64,000 nucleotides of DNA from Takakia lepidozioides. Lineage: Eukaryota > Plantae > Bryophyta. Positions within the stretch are counted from its first letter, which is position 1. Every line of letters starts with the position of its first letter. The notes under the pieces were generated by a model. That model was not told where the DNA came from. It saw only the letters and a program-made list of their open reading frames with translations, and searched no databases. Shown piece after piece: positions 39,626-51,479 of the stretch. The translations under genes and the position numbers were made by a program. The stretch spans positions 72,540,001 through 72,604,000 of the forward strand of contig CM060732.1 in assembly GCA_030704615.1 (NCBI GenBank). Reading direction: 5' to 3'.

Positions 39626-41887
39626 CGGAAGGACGGATCCCGGGGATTGTTCACTATCTCCTACAGAAATGGCATTATCTGAATCAGACTGAAGATTGCA
39701 CTCATCACTTTCATCTTTCTTTTCCTCTGTTTCCTCCGTTGTCTCCCGTCGAATAACTCCCTCGAACATTGATTCGTCAGTGCTCGGATTTATGAAGGTT
39801 CGCACGTCAGAGCCCACATCTGATATTTGATTCTCAGATCTCTTCTTGAAGGTTTTTGTTTTCGATACAACCAGTGATGCGTCTTGGTTTTCTGCTTCGT
39901 TGATGTTTACTGGATTCTGTCTCCTTGGCCTCTTACAGATATCGACGACGGTCTCAGAACCATCTTTGGCCACCGTGTGCACTCCTACACACCTTCTTTT
40001 TATACTGACAGAACAAAAATCAACGCAGGGGAAGCACCGACATAAGTCTATCTCAAAACATCCTTATGTTGTGCCTTGGCATAATAACACGCAGGAGCCT
40101 CCACCGGGCAGGCGAGGTTCGTGTGGTTTGTCCTGCCGGAGTTTATGGAGGTCTACTAGAGGTCTAGTGGTCTACGGAGACTAGTCAACTAGAGTAGCCT
40201 AGGCCCGAAGAAAAACCCGTTTTCAAATATCAGAAATTCAAAAAACCAATCGCAAAAAACCATGATCCTAACCCGCCATAACCCTAATCCATAACCCTAA
40301 TAATCCAGTAGCACCAGTAAACCAGGACCACAAACCACCCATACCAACCACCCTTACAAACCACCATACAAACAACCAGCAGAGAAGCAGCAATGCATTG
40401 AAACACCTAAACAGCTTTAATCAATTCAAACAAATTGAAACAACTTTGGAACCAATGAATTGAAATGAGATGTTCCGCATCAGACAAGACAACACACTCA
40501 TGAAACGTGACATGCAAGAAACAAATGGTGCTCTATAACCTCTGGAACGAAAGCGAGTGAGGAAACAGAACCAAACCAACAGCGACGTGGGCGATGCTGA
40601 CCAACAAAAGCAACATCAAAACAAAAAGAAAAGCAAATCAACAAACAGAACAAAGAGAGAATGAGAGAATGACATCAAACCAGATAGAAACTGTAAACGA
40701 GAACATTACTGTTGGATGCCTGAGCCATTTTCGGTGCCCCTGTTGCTGACCTGAAACGCCTGACCCTTAAGCTTTCACCGCTCCGCTCTCCCTTAAGCTC
40801 TGCTTCCCTCCCGTCTCCTGTCTGCACTTGAATCCGCTGTCTGCTTGCTTTCCTCCACTGCACTCTCACGCTGCACTGAATTGCACGCTCTCTTCTCTCT
40901 GCTCTCACGACACCCTGCATAACACGCTCTCTGCTCTTCACGCTCTCCCCTCTTCAAAACTCTTTTTTTTCTAGCACTAGTCAGTCTTACCACTTCCACA
41001 GCGCTTCCGCGTACACAATGGAGTGGCGAAAGGGTGGGCTGAACGACCACACCCCTTATATGGTGCCGTCGCAAAGGATCTGAACCATCGCGTCCTTTCG
41101 AAAACGAACGGTCGCGCGTGTTCCATCCAACATCCATGCAAATATCATCCAATTCATCTTTTCCATTATGTCCATCCATTTTATGAATGATTAGATGAAA
41201 TGAAAAATAGATGAATGAACGAGAAAATATAACGTTAATGATCCCTTGCACAAGATCATCAATTATAACCCCGCGGGATATTTCCCACACCCCATACATG
41301 ACGATAAATGAAATGTACAAGTCAGATCCTCCTGCGGCGTTTTGCCGCTGGGAATTATTGCTCCTGACCATGTCTACATTCGGCGGATTAAGGCTTGGAA
41401 TATTTCCTTTGTCACTCATTTACGCCCGCCGCATTCTCGGCCAAGTGTCATAGCTGCACGATTTCATGAAACGCTTATCATCGGCGTCAGGCCTTGATCC
41501 CACTTGGACAACATTGAATGCAAAATACGTACTGCTTTATAAGCACGAGTACAAAACCATTGAACCACCATTATCGTTCTGGCATCATAATTGTTACATA
41601 GGGATCTACCAGTAAATGACACTCTTTTCCGAAATCGGTCAAAGAGTGCACTCCTGCACCATCCAGAACCATTCGATTGTGGCCATATCCGATATCAACG
41701 GCGCCGGAAATCGATCCGTGAGACAATGTATCGTACTATCCCATTGGAGGAGTTCCAGCGGGCAACCTGGTTTCCACCTCTATATAAGGTCTGAGTGCAA
41801 ACTGTTCAAACTTCTATCTCCATACCTCTCACTTGCAGATTGTGTTTCCCGCACCTCTCTGATCATCTCCCACCTCACCGCCCATAG

Positions 41888-42569
41888 TGTCGCGGCCCTT
41901 TGCCTTGAGGGCAGGGGGTCGGGACACGAGAGGGGCTGTCCCTGTGGTAGGGACAATGGCAACAATAGATGCGGGGGCTGAAGCACCCTTGAGTGCCCAA
42001 GGCACTCAAGGAGGCGGAGGCGCTCACTAGGTGGAGCCCCGCACACCGGGTCGCGGTGGGGTGGTTCCACGAGGGGTGGTGGTAGCTTAGTGGGACTTAG
42101 TGGGGGTGGCATAGGACTCACCATGGGGCGGAGACCTTGTGGTGGGAGTCGTGGGGGGCCAAGACTCACCGCGACTCATCACCGGGAGTCGAGGGTCTCC
42201 GTGGTGGTTCGTCATAAAATGGTAGGGTTGTTTGTGAAACCCCCGCGGACAATCACAGAAGCATATATAGGGAGTAATAACCCCGAGAACGGTGCAAGCC
42301 CGTTGGTGACCAAAAACTAGTGAGTAAGCGAGCGAGCCGGAAAGCGACCAAGGAGTGGGGAGCTATTCCGGACTGCCATTTACCAAAGGGAATTTCCACT
42401 AGGCCCAAATTGGTGGAGGGTCTTTTGGAAGAGTAAAGGGGGACCGTTATGTCTCGGTGAGCAGCCGAAGCTCCGAGTTGGCCCGACGGCCAAGTTGGGA
42501 GTTAGGCGCGCGCATCAAAGCGAGTAACTATGACTTGAAGGGGAACTTACCGAAGTGAGGTGCGCGACA
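41888..42569 (+). mobile_element. 5' LTR of a Ty3/gypsy retrotransposon (682 bp)
   Basis: TGTCGCG...CGCGACA termini; similar to 43419-44139 and 53213-53936. Confidence 0.93.
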
Positions 42570-42571
42570 CT

Positions 42572-42583
42572 TGGTATCAGAGC
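42572..42583 (+). promoter_or_regulatory. Primer-binding site (tRNA-iMet)
   Basis: TGGTATCAGAGC 2 nt after the LTR CA. Confidence 0.92.
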
Positions 42584-42624
42584 TTAGAGTTCAGTACGTG
42601 ATCGTCCTTGGGATCGGCCTCATC

Positions 42625-44805
42625 ATGGGGTCGGGCAAGCCAAAGCGAAAGCGGAACGACCCGAAAGATGAGGATCCTAGTGAGCCCGATGGGGTCGACA
42701 TGTCACCGAAGCGGCCATTTGAGGAAGCAATGCATGCTTTTGAAAACGAGGCCACTCAAGAGCGGGAGGAATATGAGGAGTCGGAGCCCAAGGACTTCCT
42801 GAGAGCTCCGACAGACCAATAGATGCCTCCCATGCCAGCAGCCTTTTGGGAAGGGTTGTTGGCGCAGTTTGGCAGGACGTTGAAAGACGTGTTGAAGGCG
42901 GCTAATGCCACTTCCACTAAGGCAAAGTTTAAGGTGAAGCCTAAGGAACCCGACACCTTCGAGGGTGTCCAAAATCGGAAGGCACTCAACACCTGGCTCT
43001 TGGAGCTGGAGCAGTACTTCCGGGCGGCCAAGTTGAGTGACGAGGATCGGGTGGAAGTGGCTCCCACCTATTTGAGGGGCTATGCTCAACAATGGTGGCA
43101 GAAACGCCTTCACGACCGAGGTCCAAACCCGGAAACCTTGAACTGGAGTGGGTTCAAGGAACTTATGAAGAGACAGTTTGTGCCCCTCAACGCGTCCTGG
43201 CTCGCCCGAGACAAGATGAGGAATTTGAAGCAAACGGATGACATTCGGGGATATGTTTAGGCTTTCAATGTGTTGTTGCTCGAAGTCACGGACGTGGCAA
43301 AAGCAGAAATGGTCTTCAACTTTGTGGCGGGACTGGCCCGATGGGCCAGGCGGAAGTTGGAGGAGAAGCCACCTAAAACTTTGAACGAGGCAATTGAGAG
43401 GGCTGAATGTTTCTCGGATGTCGCGGCCCTTTGCCTTGAGGGCAGGGGGTCGGGACACATGAGGGGCTGCCCCTGTGGTGGGGGCAGCGGCAGCGATAGT
43501 ATGGGGGCTGAAGCACCCTTGAGTGCCCAAGGCACTCAAGGGCGGAGGCGCTCACTAGTGGGAGCCCGCACACCGGGTTGCGGTGGGGGTGGCTCCACAA
43601 GGGTGGTGGTAGCTTAGCGGGACTTAGTGGGGGTGGCATAGGACTCACCATGGGGGGGGAGACCTCGTGGTGGGAGTCGTGGGTAGTCTTGGGACTCATC
43701 TCGGTCCATAGGGGCCTTGGTGAGTGGGCCAAGACTCACCGCGACTCATCACCGCGAGTCGAGGGTTTTCGCGGTGGTTCGCCATAAAATGGCATGGCTG
43801 GTTGTGAAACCCCCGCGGACAGCTACAGAAGTATATATAGGGAGTAGTAACCCCGAGAACGGTGCAAGCCCGTTGGTGACCAAAAACTAGTGAGTAAGCG
43901 AGCGAGCCGAAAAACGACAAAGAGTGGGGAGCTGTTCCGGACTGCCAACTACAAAAGGGAATTCCCGCTGGTTCCAAATAGGTGGAGGGTTCTTTGGGAG
44001 AACAAAGGGGGACCGTTATGCCTCGGTGAGCAGCCGAAGCTCCAAGTTGGCCCGGCGGCCAGGTTGGGAGTCAGGCGCGCGTATCAAAGCGAGTAACTAT
44101 GACTTGAGGGGGGAGCTTACCGAAGTGAGGTGCGCGACATCGGATGTCCCTAGGGGCGAAAGACAAGGCCGTACAGAGCTGAACAACAAGAAGGCCCGGC
44201 GGGAGGGTGACTCCTTCCGACCGGAAAAGAAGTGGGATAGGCCACGCGACAACAATGACACGTGGAAATCGAAGGGAGGGCCTTCACACGTCAAGGCGGC
44301 ACCTGGTGCTCCGAAAGGAAAAGCAGGTGCGGCGGCTTATGGCGGACAGAAGGCGACCTTTGATGGAGTGTGCTTCAATTGCGGGGAGCCCGGGCACATG
44401 GCTAAGAAGTGCATGAAACCCCGACAATTGAACATGACTCGGGCGGCCAATCAACCACCTAGTGGAGGCGGTGGTCGCCAAGACTTGCAAGGTGGGCAAA
44501 TACTCTTGTGAGTTGTATCAGGAAACTGGCGTCTTACGTAAAAGAAGTTAGTTAATGTTCGTGGATGGGATAATCTCCAGAACTAACGTGTCGTTGTTGG
44601 TGGACACAGGAGCGTCGCACTCCTTCATGACACCGGCAACGGCACGAAAGCTGGGGCTCCCGACAAGTGACGTGGGGGCCTCTATTGAGGTGTGTTCTGC
44701 CAAAGGAGAACCACAATTGGCGACAAGGTTGGCGTTCGATGTTCCTCTTCAACTGGGGAGTTGGGAGGGACGTCAGAACTTCACCATTTGCGAGATCGAT
44801 GGAGG
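42625..44805 (+). pseudogene. Ty3/gypsy gag-protease, split by a solo LTR and 3'-truncated
   Basis: PKEPDTFEG, WLLELEQYF, YLRGYAQQWW, LKQT; zinc knuckle CFNCGEPGHMAKKC; protease LVDTGASHSF. Stops at 42820 and 43258. Confidence 0.9.
43419..44139 (+). mobile_element. Solo LTR (721 bp) with 5-bp TSD TCGGA
   Basis: TCGGA|TG...CA|TCGGA at 43414-43418 and 44140-44144. Confidence 0.95.
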
Positions 44806-45699
44806 TTAATATTTCATGAGCCCATGAGCTCATGAGCCCATGAGCGTGCATCCACGGAATTAGAAATTATCTGCCGTTATTGACGGTAATATGGCATATA
44901 TCCACGGTAATAGGCACTGTTTTTGAACTCCGGGGACACGGCTAGGCATATTGCGGCGCCGTTATTCACATTTAGGGTTTGGATTTTTTTTTTGAAAATG
45001 GCAGGAGATGGGTTAATCACGGTGCCGTAATACCAGCTTCGTGCTTCTCGAAAAAATTCTTGGTAGTGATGACCTGAGACCGGCCAATTGCTGCGACGTT
45101 TTTTTGTTTGTGGTCACCCAAAATTATAAAGTAAAGTCTGACGTTGGCTTATTGCAACACTGTTATATCATTTGTAAAGGTCTTGTTGCTCCCAACACCT
45201 TCTACTAGCCTATTGTTGTGTCATTTTTCTGTCAAAGATAAGAGGTCCCATCACATAATACAGTTGAATTGGCTTTTTTTTAAGACTAAATAAATCCCAC
45301 ACTAACTGAAGAGAGGCTAGGAAATTGCCATTCACTCTCCATCTAAGCTTGCAAAGTGTCCTCCTCATCGCTGTCACTTTCAGACGCGGACAGAGCGATA
45401 AACTTGAGTACTTTGGCCTTGACAATTCCTGTATTGGGCCTCCCTCAATTGTATTCTCTCATTTCTTGCAGCCAGTAACTGCTCTACCCGATTAGGCCTC
45501 TCCGCCCTCCTAATGGATCTCTAGCAGCCGTGTTTGCATACAATGGGAGAAGAAATAAAAAAGGAAGGAGGAGACCGAAGTTGAGGAGGCTCAAGTACGG
45601 GAGAAGCCGCTTCCCCCAATGCATGTATTTGAGTGAGTTGCACCATTGTAAGTGTGTTGGGTTCAATTATAGCGACATCCATGTTTGACCATTATAAAC

Positions 45700-47200
45700 C
45701 CTAAACATTTGTTGACATATGGCAATATTTACGTACTGCCATGTTACAGCCTTGCAGACTCGTCCAATGAGGAGATGGTTGATGAAACAAAGACTGAAAT
45801 ACAAATGCCATTCTTTGCCAGAAGGTCATTTCTTGCCAGTCCTTATCGTCCTCCTCCTCCTCCTCTGCTGGCAACTGCTGCAGGCCCACTACATGGGAGT
45901 CGTAGAAGGCTGTTTTTCCTTCAAATGCGAAGACATGCCTGCTAGACTCGCGCCCGGCCTAGTACATTGAAGCACCTAACCATGAGTCTAGTGATCAAGA
46001 ACAAATATGTCATGGTAATCGTGAGTAGCCACATTAAATCCATGAATATCTATAGAAGACAATGGACTATAATAACGACACCGCAATTACAAGAATCTCC
46101 TACTTGTGTTGGCTGCAATGTCCAACACCTTGCCTTCTATGCTTGAACATGTTTCCATCAGCATTTGAATGAAAGTGGGACTTCTTGTCCTCCCATGCCT
46201 CCAAGCCCTCCCCCCATGTCCCATGGAATATTTGCGTGGTGAGACATGGTTGAAGAGAATGTCATACTCTATAGGGTCCACTGTGGAGTCAACCATACAA
46301 CCGTCTCCCCAGAATTCAAAATTGAATTCTTCTTGATGAATGTGTCAAATAGAAGAGGCTGCACAAAAACAAGGTCGTTATTTTGACAGAAGATTCCCCA
46401 CAATTAGAATAAGGATGCCGCAATTTACACTAGACAACTCTAGAGCTTACCTTCTGGCCATCACAGGTTAGATGGTCCATGCTGTTGATACAAGTCCACC
46501 TCTTCTTCAGGATGGGTGCAACACTTCTTTCCGTCCACACTTTCAAGGCTTCCACAATCATCTTGTAACATATGTTAGAAAGCAATTTTGATAGCTGACA
46601 GAGGATTTTAATGAGACAGTAAAATAGTAGCAGACATTTGCATACCTTCTCGGCTGGGTCCACACTGCAGGTGGTGATGATATGATGTAGTTTTTCCACA
46701 TCTTTGGTTTGATGGCTTTTGAGTAGTGCTTTGTTATCTCTGACAATATTGTCTCTTAAAGGCTTGGGTCACGGATCGCTATAGACTTGACAACTTTGGA
46801 TTTGTACTTGGTCCGCGACCACTGCCTGCAAGGACGATGGCATCCCGGACGAGGGCCTGGGTCTTATTGGGGATCTCACTCTCCATGATTTTCGTTTTGT
46901 GTAGACCAAGTTGTCTTTTATGGAGCTCTGCAGTGCAAATGCAAGCAATTGGTTAGGGATCCAGGTGGTCGAAAGACAATAACATGCAAGGGGACTAACC
47001 GGAAAGAGGGCTGAATCTCACCAAATAGATGTATTCGGTAAGCCGACGTACTAGGTGCGGCCTGCTTTCACCTCTGACTTCCTTAACAACTCCGGATTGA
47101 TGGTTGTTTTAAAGTCCTTCAGAGGTGCAAGTCCTACTTCTTGCACTCTATACAGCACAACATATGTGCCATGTGCGTTTTTACGCTTCTCTGTCACCCT
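45700..47200 (-). pseudogene. Spliced pseudogene ending in an N4/N6 DNA-methyltransferase-like SAM-binding half
   Basis: Exons 46358-46104 and 45975 onward join across a GT-AG intron to give WRHGRTRSPTFIQMLMETCSSIEGKVLDIAANTSASMY*AGRESSRHVFAFEG. This resembles the beta-class HPTQKP..L...I...S..GD.VLDPF.GSG....A....R...G.E. Confidence 0.6.
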
Positions 47201-48209
47201 GTCACAGAACACACACATTCCAATAATGACAACGCAATCAGCCCGTATGCAAAGAAGAAATGATGACATTGAATCCAATTGGATGGGTCCGATATTAAAA
47301 GTGGCTGCTACGCAGACAGAAGGTCTATCATGAACAAGTCATAGTAAGGGCGACGTTAATCCTCCGTCTGAGGATTCGTTGGAAAGTATTCGGATGACAA
47401 CCTCATCGACCAATTCTCGTACCCATATTTCATTATGAAGACTTGCGAGGACTCTGGGCCAGGTCTATAAGTCATCCAATTCCAAATGAAACCAAGATAT
47501 ATTACAATTACGGCGCCATTATATGCGACCGAACTTAGATTTCTTAGCCTAAATCTGCAAGTACAAAGGCACGGACACCTCGACGTGAAACCCAACGGTC
47601 AATATTCACTAACTGCCGTACGCAATTTCGGCGCCGTAATAGCGACTGCAGCAGCGCATAAATGAGTACTTCATGACTTTACAACCATTACAAAAATGCA
47701 AATTCGTAGAAAAAACGTCATTTCCATGTATAAAACTTGTCATCAAATAGCAATGTTACTATCATCCCTATAATAGTGTCATTGTTCATCCATCATCTAG
47801 GTCAGTTCATTCATATTGCGATGTCGTAATTAATCAGTGGAGGGCTGACCGGTGTCAGGCTGGGACCGTTTATTCCTATTGCGGCACCGCAATTCATCCA
47901 AAAGGACACCGCATATCATCCAAAGCGCTCTTTATCGTCTTCAAGATAGACCCGTTCATCTAAATTATGGCGCTGAAGTTCATCCAACAGTGGAACTCAT
48001 CCAGGCCAAGAATGCTTTCCGTTCCTCGGGATGGGCCCGTTTATCCCTATTGCGGCGCCGCAACTCATCAGTGTCGGGTTATCCCACTATGGGGATTGGC
48101 TAATATGGCATATTAATTCATCTGTGCTGGGCTATTCTGTTCTACAGACAGGCCCATTCAACTCTATTACGGCGCCGTATTTCAACAGTGTCGGGTTATC
48201 ACGTTCTCC

Positions 48210-49325
48210 GGATGGGCCGACTCCTTTTTTTATTACGGGTAGGTTCATCCTTTTTTCGGCGCCGAAATTCATCCGTCGGTCGAAATACCTTTCTGCTCAT
48301 GGGTATGTTCATCCCTGTTTCGCTGCCAAAATTCATCCGTGGTTTTAAATTCATTTTGATTACGGGTACGTTCATCCCTATTACGGCGCCGAAATTCATC
48401 CGTAGGTTGAAATAACTTTTTGCTCACGGGTACGTTCTTCCCTATTTCGGCGCCGAACTTCATCCGTGGGTCGAGATAACGTTTTGCTCGCGGGTATGTT
48501 CATCCCTATTTCGGCACCGAAATTCATCCGTGGGTCGAAATAACATTTTGCTCGCGGGTATGTTCATCCCTATTTCGGCGCCGAAATTCATCCGTGGGTC
48601 GAAATAATGTTTTGCTCCCGGGTGCGTTCATCCCTATTTCAGCGTCGAAATTCATCCGTGGTCCGAAATAATTTTTTGCTCACGGGTACGTTCATCACTA
48701 TTTTGGCGCCGAAATTCATCCGTAACCGGTTTTTTTTTTTTTTTTTTTTTTCTTTTCTCCGCTAGTGTTGGTTCCTCAGGATTGGCTTATTTCGGCGCCG
48801 AAATTCATCCGTGAAGGAGGTTGTGAGTGTGTGTATGGGTTTTTTTTTTTTCCGACGTGATGGGCCCGATCGTCCCTATTACGGCGCCGCAATCCAATGG
48901 TTCCGTCCCCTTGTCGTTCGTATTCTTGCCTGTTCAACCCTTTTGCGACATCGTGATTCATCCATTTGCTCACAGGTACGTTCATCCCTATTTCGTCCGT
49001 GGGTTTAAATTCTTTTTTGATATAGGGTATGTTTATCCCTATTTCGGCGCCGAAAATCATCTGTGAGTCGAAATAACTTGTTACTCACGCGTATCTTAAT
49101 CCTTATTTCCGCTTCGAAATTCATCTATGGGTTTAAATTCATTTTTGCTCACGGGTTCGTTCATCCCTATTTCGGCGCCGAAATTCATCCATGGGTGGAA
49201 ATTCATTTTTGCTCACGGGTAAGTTCATCCCTATTTCGGCGCCGAAATTCATCCGTCGGTGGAAATTCTTTTTTGCTCACGGGTAAGTTTATCCCTGTTT
49301 CGGCGCCGAAATTCATCCGTCGCCG
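48210..49325. repeat. ~59-bp tandem minisatellite centred on the palindrome ATTTCGGCGCCGAAAT
   Basis: About 15 units of TTCATCCCTATTTCGGCGCCGAAATTCATCCGTGGG...TTTTGCTCACGGGTA, interrupted by a T-run near 48730. Degenerate TATTACGGCGCCG motifs extend from ~47500 to ~49700. Confidence 0.92.
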
Positions 49326-50409
49326 GGTTGTGGTGTTCGAAATCCGCTACGTTCAAAGTGTGTTAATCGAGGAATTCATCTAGATGATGACATTCTCAAT
49401 TGATTGTCATGTCGTTCACCCTTATTACGGCGTCGTCATAGCATTGTGATATCCCTTTCTCGTCCGCTTTCGTGCCTGTTCATCCTGCGGCGTCGTAATT
49501 CATCCATCCCGAGGGTTTCGAATTGTCATATTGGGACTGTTCATCCATATTACGACGCCTTCAATTCCTCCAGATCATGCCATTCTCATTTGATTGTCAT
49601 CCCGTTCATCCCTATTACGACGCTGTAATAGGGGTGTGACATTTTTTTTCTCATCTGCTTTTGTGCCTGTTCATCCCTTTTGCGATGTCGTAATTCATCC
49701 ATCCCGAGGGTTTCATACTGTCCGGTCGGGACTGTTAATCTCTATTATGGCACAAGGAAGAAGCCGAGCGAGGGGCATATGAAGGAACTGCTCGAAGCTG
49801 GGAAATGGACTGCAACATTGCGATAAGCTATAAGATCGACACCCTTACACCATCAGGGGGACTGTTTCGAGGGTGATGTCCACACTCGGCCAGTGAAGAG
49901 AATAATTGATGACCTCCCAGGAGGCGACGGGGATTCATGGAGATTAGATATGGACATCCGCACTCGACCTCGGGGCCCAACAATGTTGCTTAGGATGCTA
50001 GGTCCAAGCAGGACTTCCACTCCCTCTCCGTCACAGTCGGTGGAATCACTGCCAGACAGTGCATTGCGTTGCGAGAACGAGCCTGAGCTGCATTTCATAT
50101 CGTTACCCAATACGGCAGGCCAGTCGTGGAGAGAAATGTCTCTGCAAACACCTGTAAACTCTTCCCCTGAAAACACTTGTACTACAAATATCTGAAGTGC
50201 ATGAAGTGCATTCCTATAGTGGACGACTTCATCCATGCTCCAACACTGAGCTTCAACGAGCTCCACAAGGTCCTCAGGCAGGATATAGGGAGAAGGTTGA
50301 CATTGGACGATCGTAATTCAGAAACTGCAAAGTGTGTACATCACATATACCCTTTCAGTGTTGTTATTCGGCGCGCCTTTAACCCTTCGAAACTTGTGGA
50401 CCTCATATT

Positions 50410-51135
50410 GTGACCTAATTTTGTGACCTTCATCCCACTACACGCAAGTCTTTTGGTAAGAACTATACATTTTGGTGCCGTCGTGTTTCCATGGACTGCC
50501 CTATTACGGTGCCGTAATAGGAAAGTGTCCACTTCCACCTGTATATCTTTGAATTATGGTTTTGTCTGCTAATGGATCAGTATAAAGCATTCATTTTTTG
50601 GAGATGCAGGGGCCAATTTTGGTGCCTTTATTCCTCTGAAACTTCTGCACTTCACATTGTGATCTTCATCCCATAACATGCATGTCTATTAGCAACAACT
50701 ATAGATTTGGTCTCGTTGTGTTTCCATCGCCTACCCTCTTACGGTGTCGTAATATGGGAAGTGTCTTCTTTAGCCCTGTTTCCAATAAGCATGCCTCTAA
50801 TTCTACATTTGCTTGTTAATGGATCAGTGCAAAGCATACATTTTTTGGAGATGCAAAGGCCCATTCACGCCTATTCCGGTGCTTTGATCCCTGTGAAACT
50901 TCTGGACTTCAAATTGTCACCCAATTTTGAGACATTTATCCCGCAACATGCATGTTTGTTGGCAACGAACTTTACATTTGTGCCGTTGTGTTTCCATCAC
51001 CTCCCCTATTACGGTGCCGTAATAGGAGAAGTGTCCCCTTGTAGTCTGTTTCCAATAAGCATGCCTTCAATTCTGGTTTTGTCTGATAATGGATCAGTGC
51101 GGAGCGTTCATTTTTTGGAGATGCATGGGCCCATT
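50410..51135 (+). repeat. Three diverged ~245-bp tandem units
   Basis: Each has GTGTTTCCAT, (TA)TTACGGTG(C/T)CGTAATA, AATGGATCAGT and CATTTTTTGGAGATGCA. Confidence 0.85.
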
Positions 51136-51479
51136 GTGGCCTATTTATCCCTGAACTCACTTTTGCTTCCAATGATATGGCTATGTTTGCCACATGCAGT
51201 GCCTTTAATGGATTACAGGTGTCTTGTTCCAATGTCCATGGCGCCTAGTATTAATGATTACTGCATTCACATACTGCAACTTGTCCACAAAGACCATTCC
51301 CATACACAGACCACACGTCCCAAAAATTGTTATGCTCAATTGCAAATTCCGTAGAGAGGAGAGATGAGATGTGCAATGGAGCAACGAGCAGAGCGGAATG
51401 AGACTAAGGCCGGCAGAATTGGATATCATTGCTCTACCACCAACGTGTTTTTCCATGATCTGGGCTGGTCCCCCCCCCG

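Larger units (their letters stand above)
14600..40200 (-). pseudogene. Large decayed multi-exon gene with tandem NIF/FCP1-like HAD domains and CTD-like repeats, interrupted by CACTA, LINE and PPR fragments
   Basis: Minus-strand coding-like exons on both sides of the CACTA (14.6-20.87 kb; 34.97-35.75 kb; 38.83-40.0 kb). The same 24-bp hairpin occurs on both sides. In-frame stops and frameshifts throughout. That these form one gene is inferred. Confidence 0.5.

Noticed and set aside
39404-39982. Genuine RPB1 (NRPB1) C-terminus
   Set aside because: The repeats are mostly octads with D in place of T, and no RNA polymerase domains are nearby.
42703-43539. 278-aa minus-strand ORF
   Set aside because: Antisense to gag/LTR with no recognisable motifs.
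48210-49325. CRISPR-like palindromic repeats
   Set aside because: The sequences between palindromes are homologous to each other rather than unique spacers.
49853-50266. 137-aa minus-strand ORF
   Set aside because: Possibly a TE exon, but no motif I can identify.
50707-51354. 215-aa ORF, or a GIY-YIG C-terminal remnant at its end
   Set aside because: Mostly read-through of the 245-bp repeats. SINDYCIHILQ is only faintly PLE-endonuclease-like, which is too little to call.
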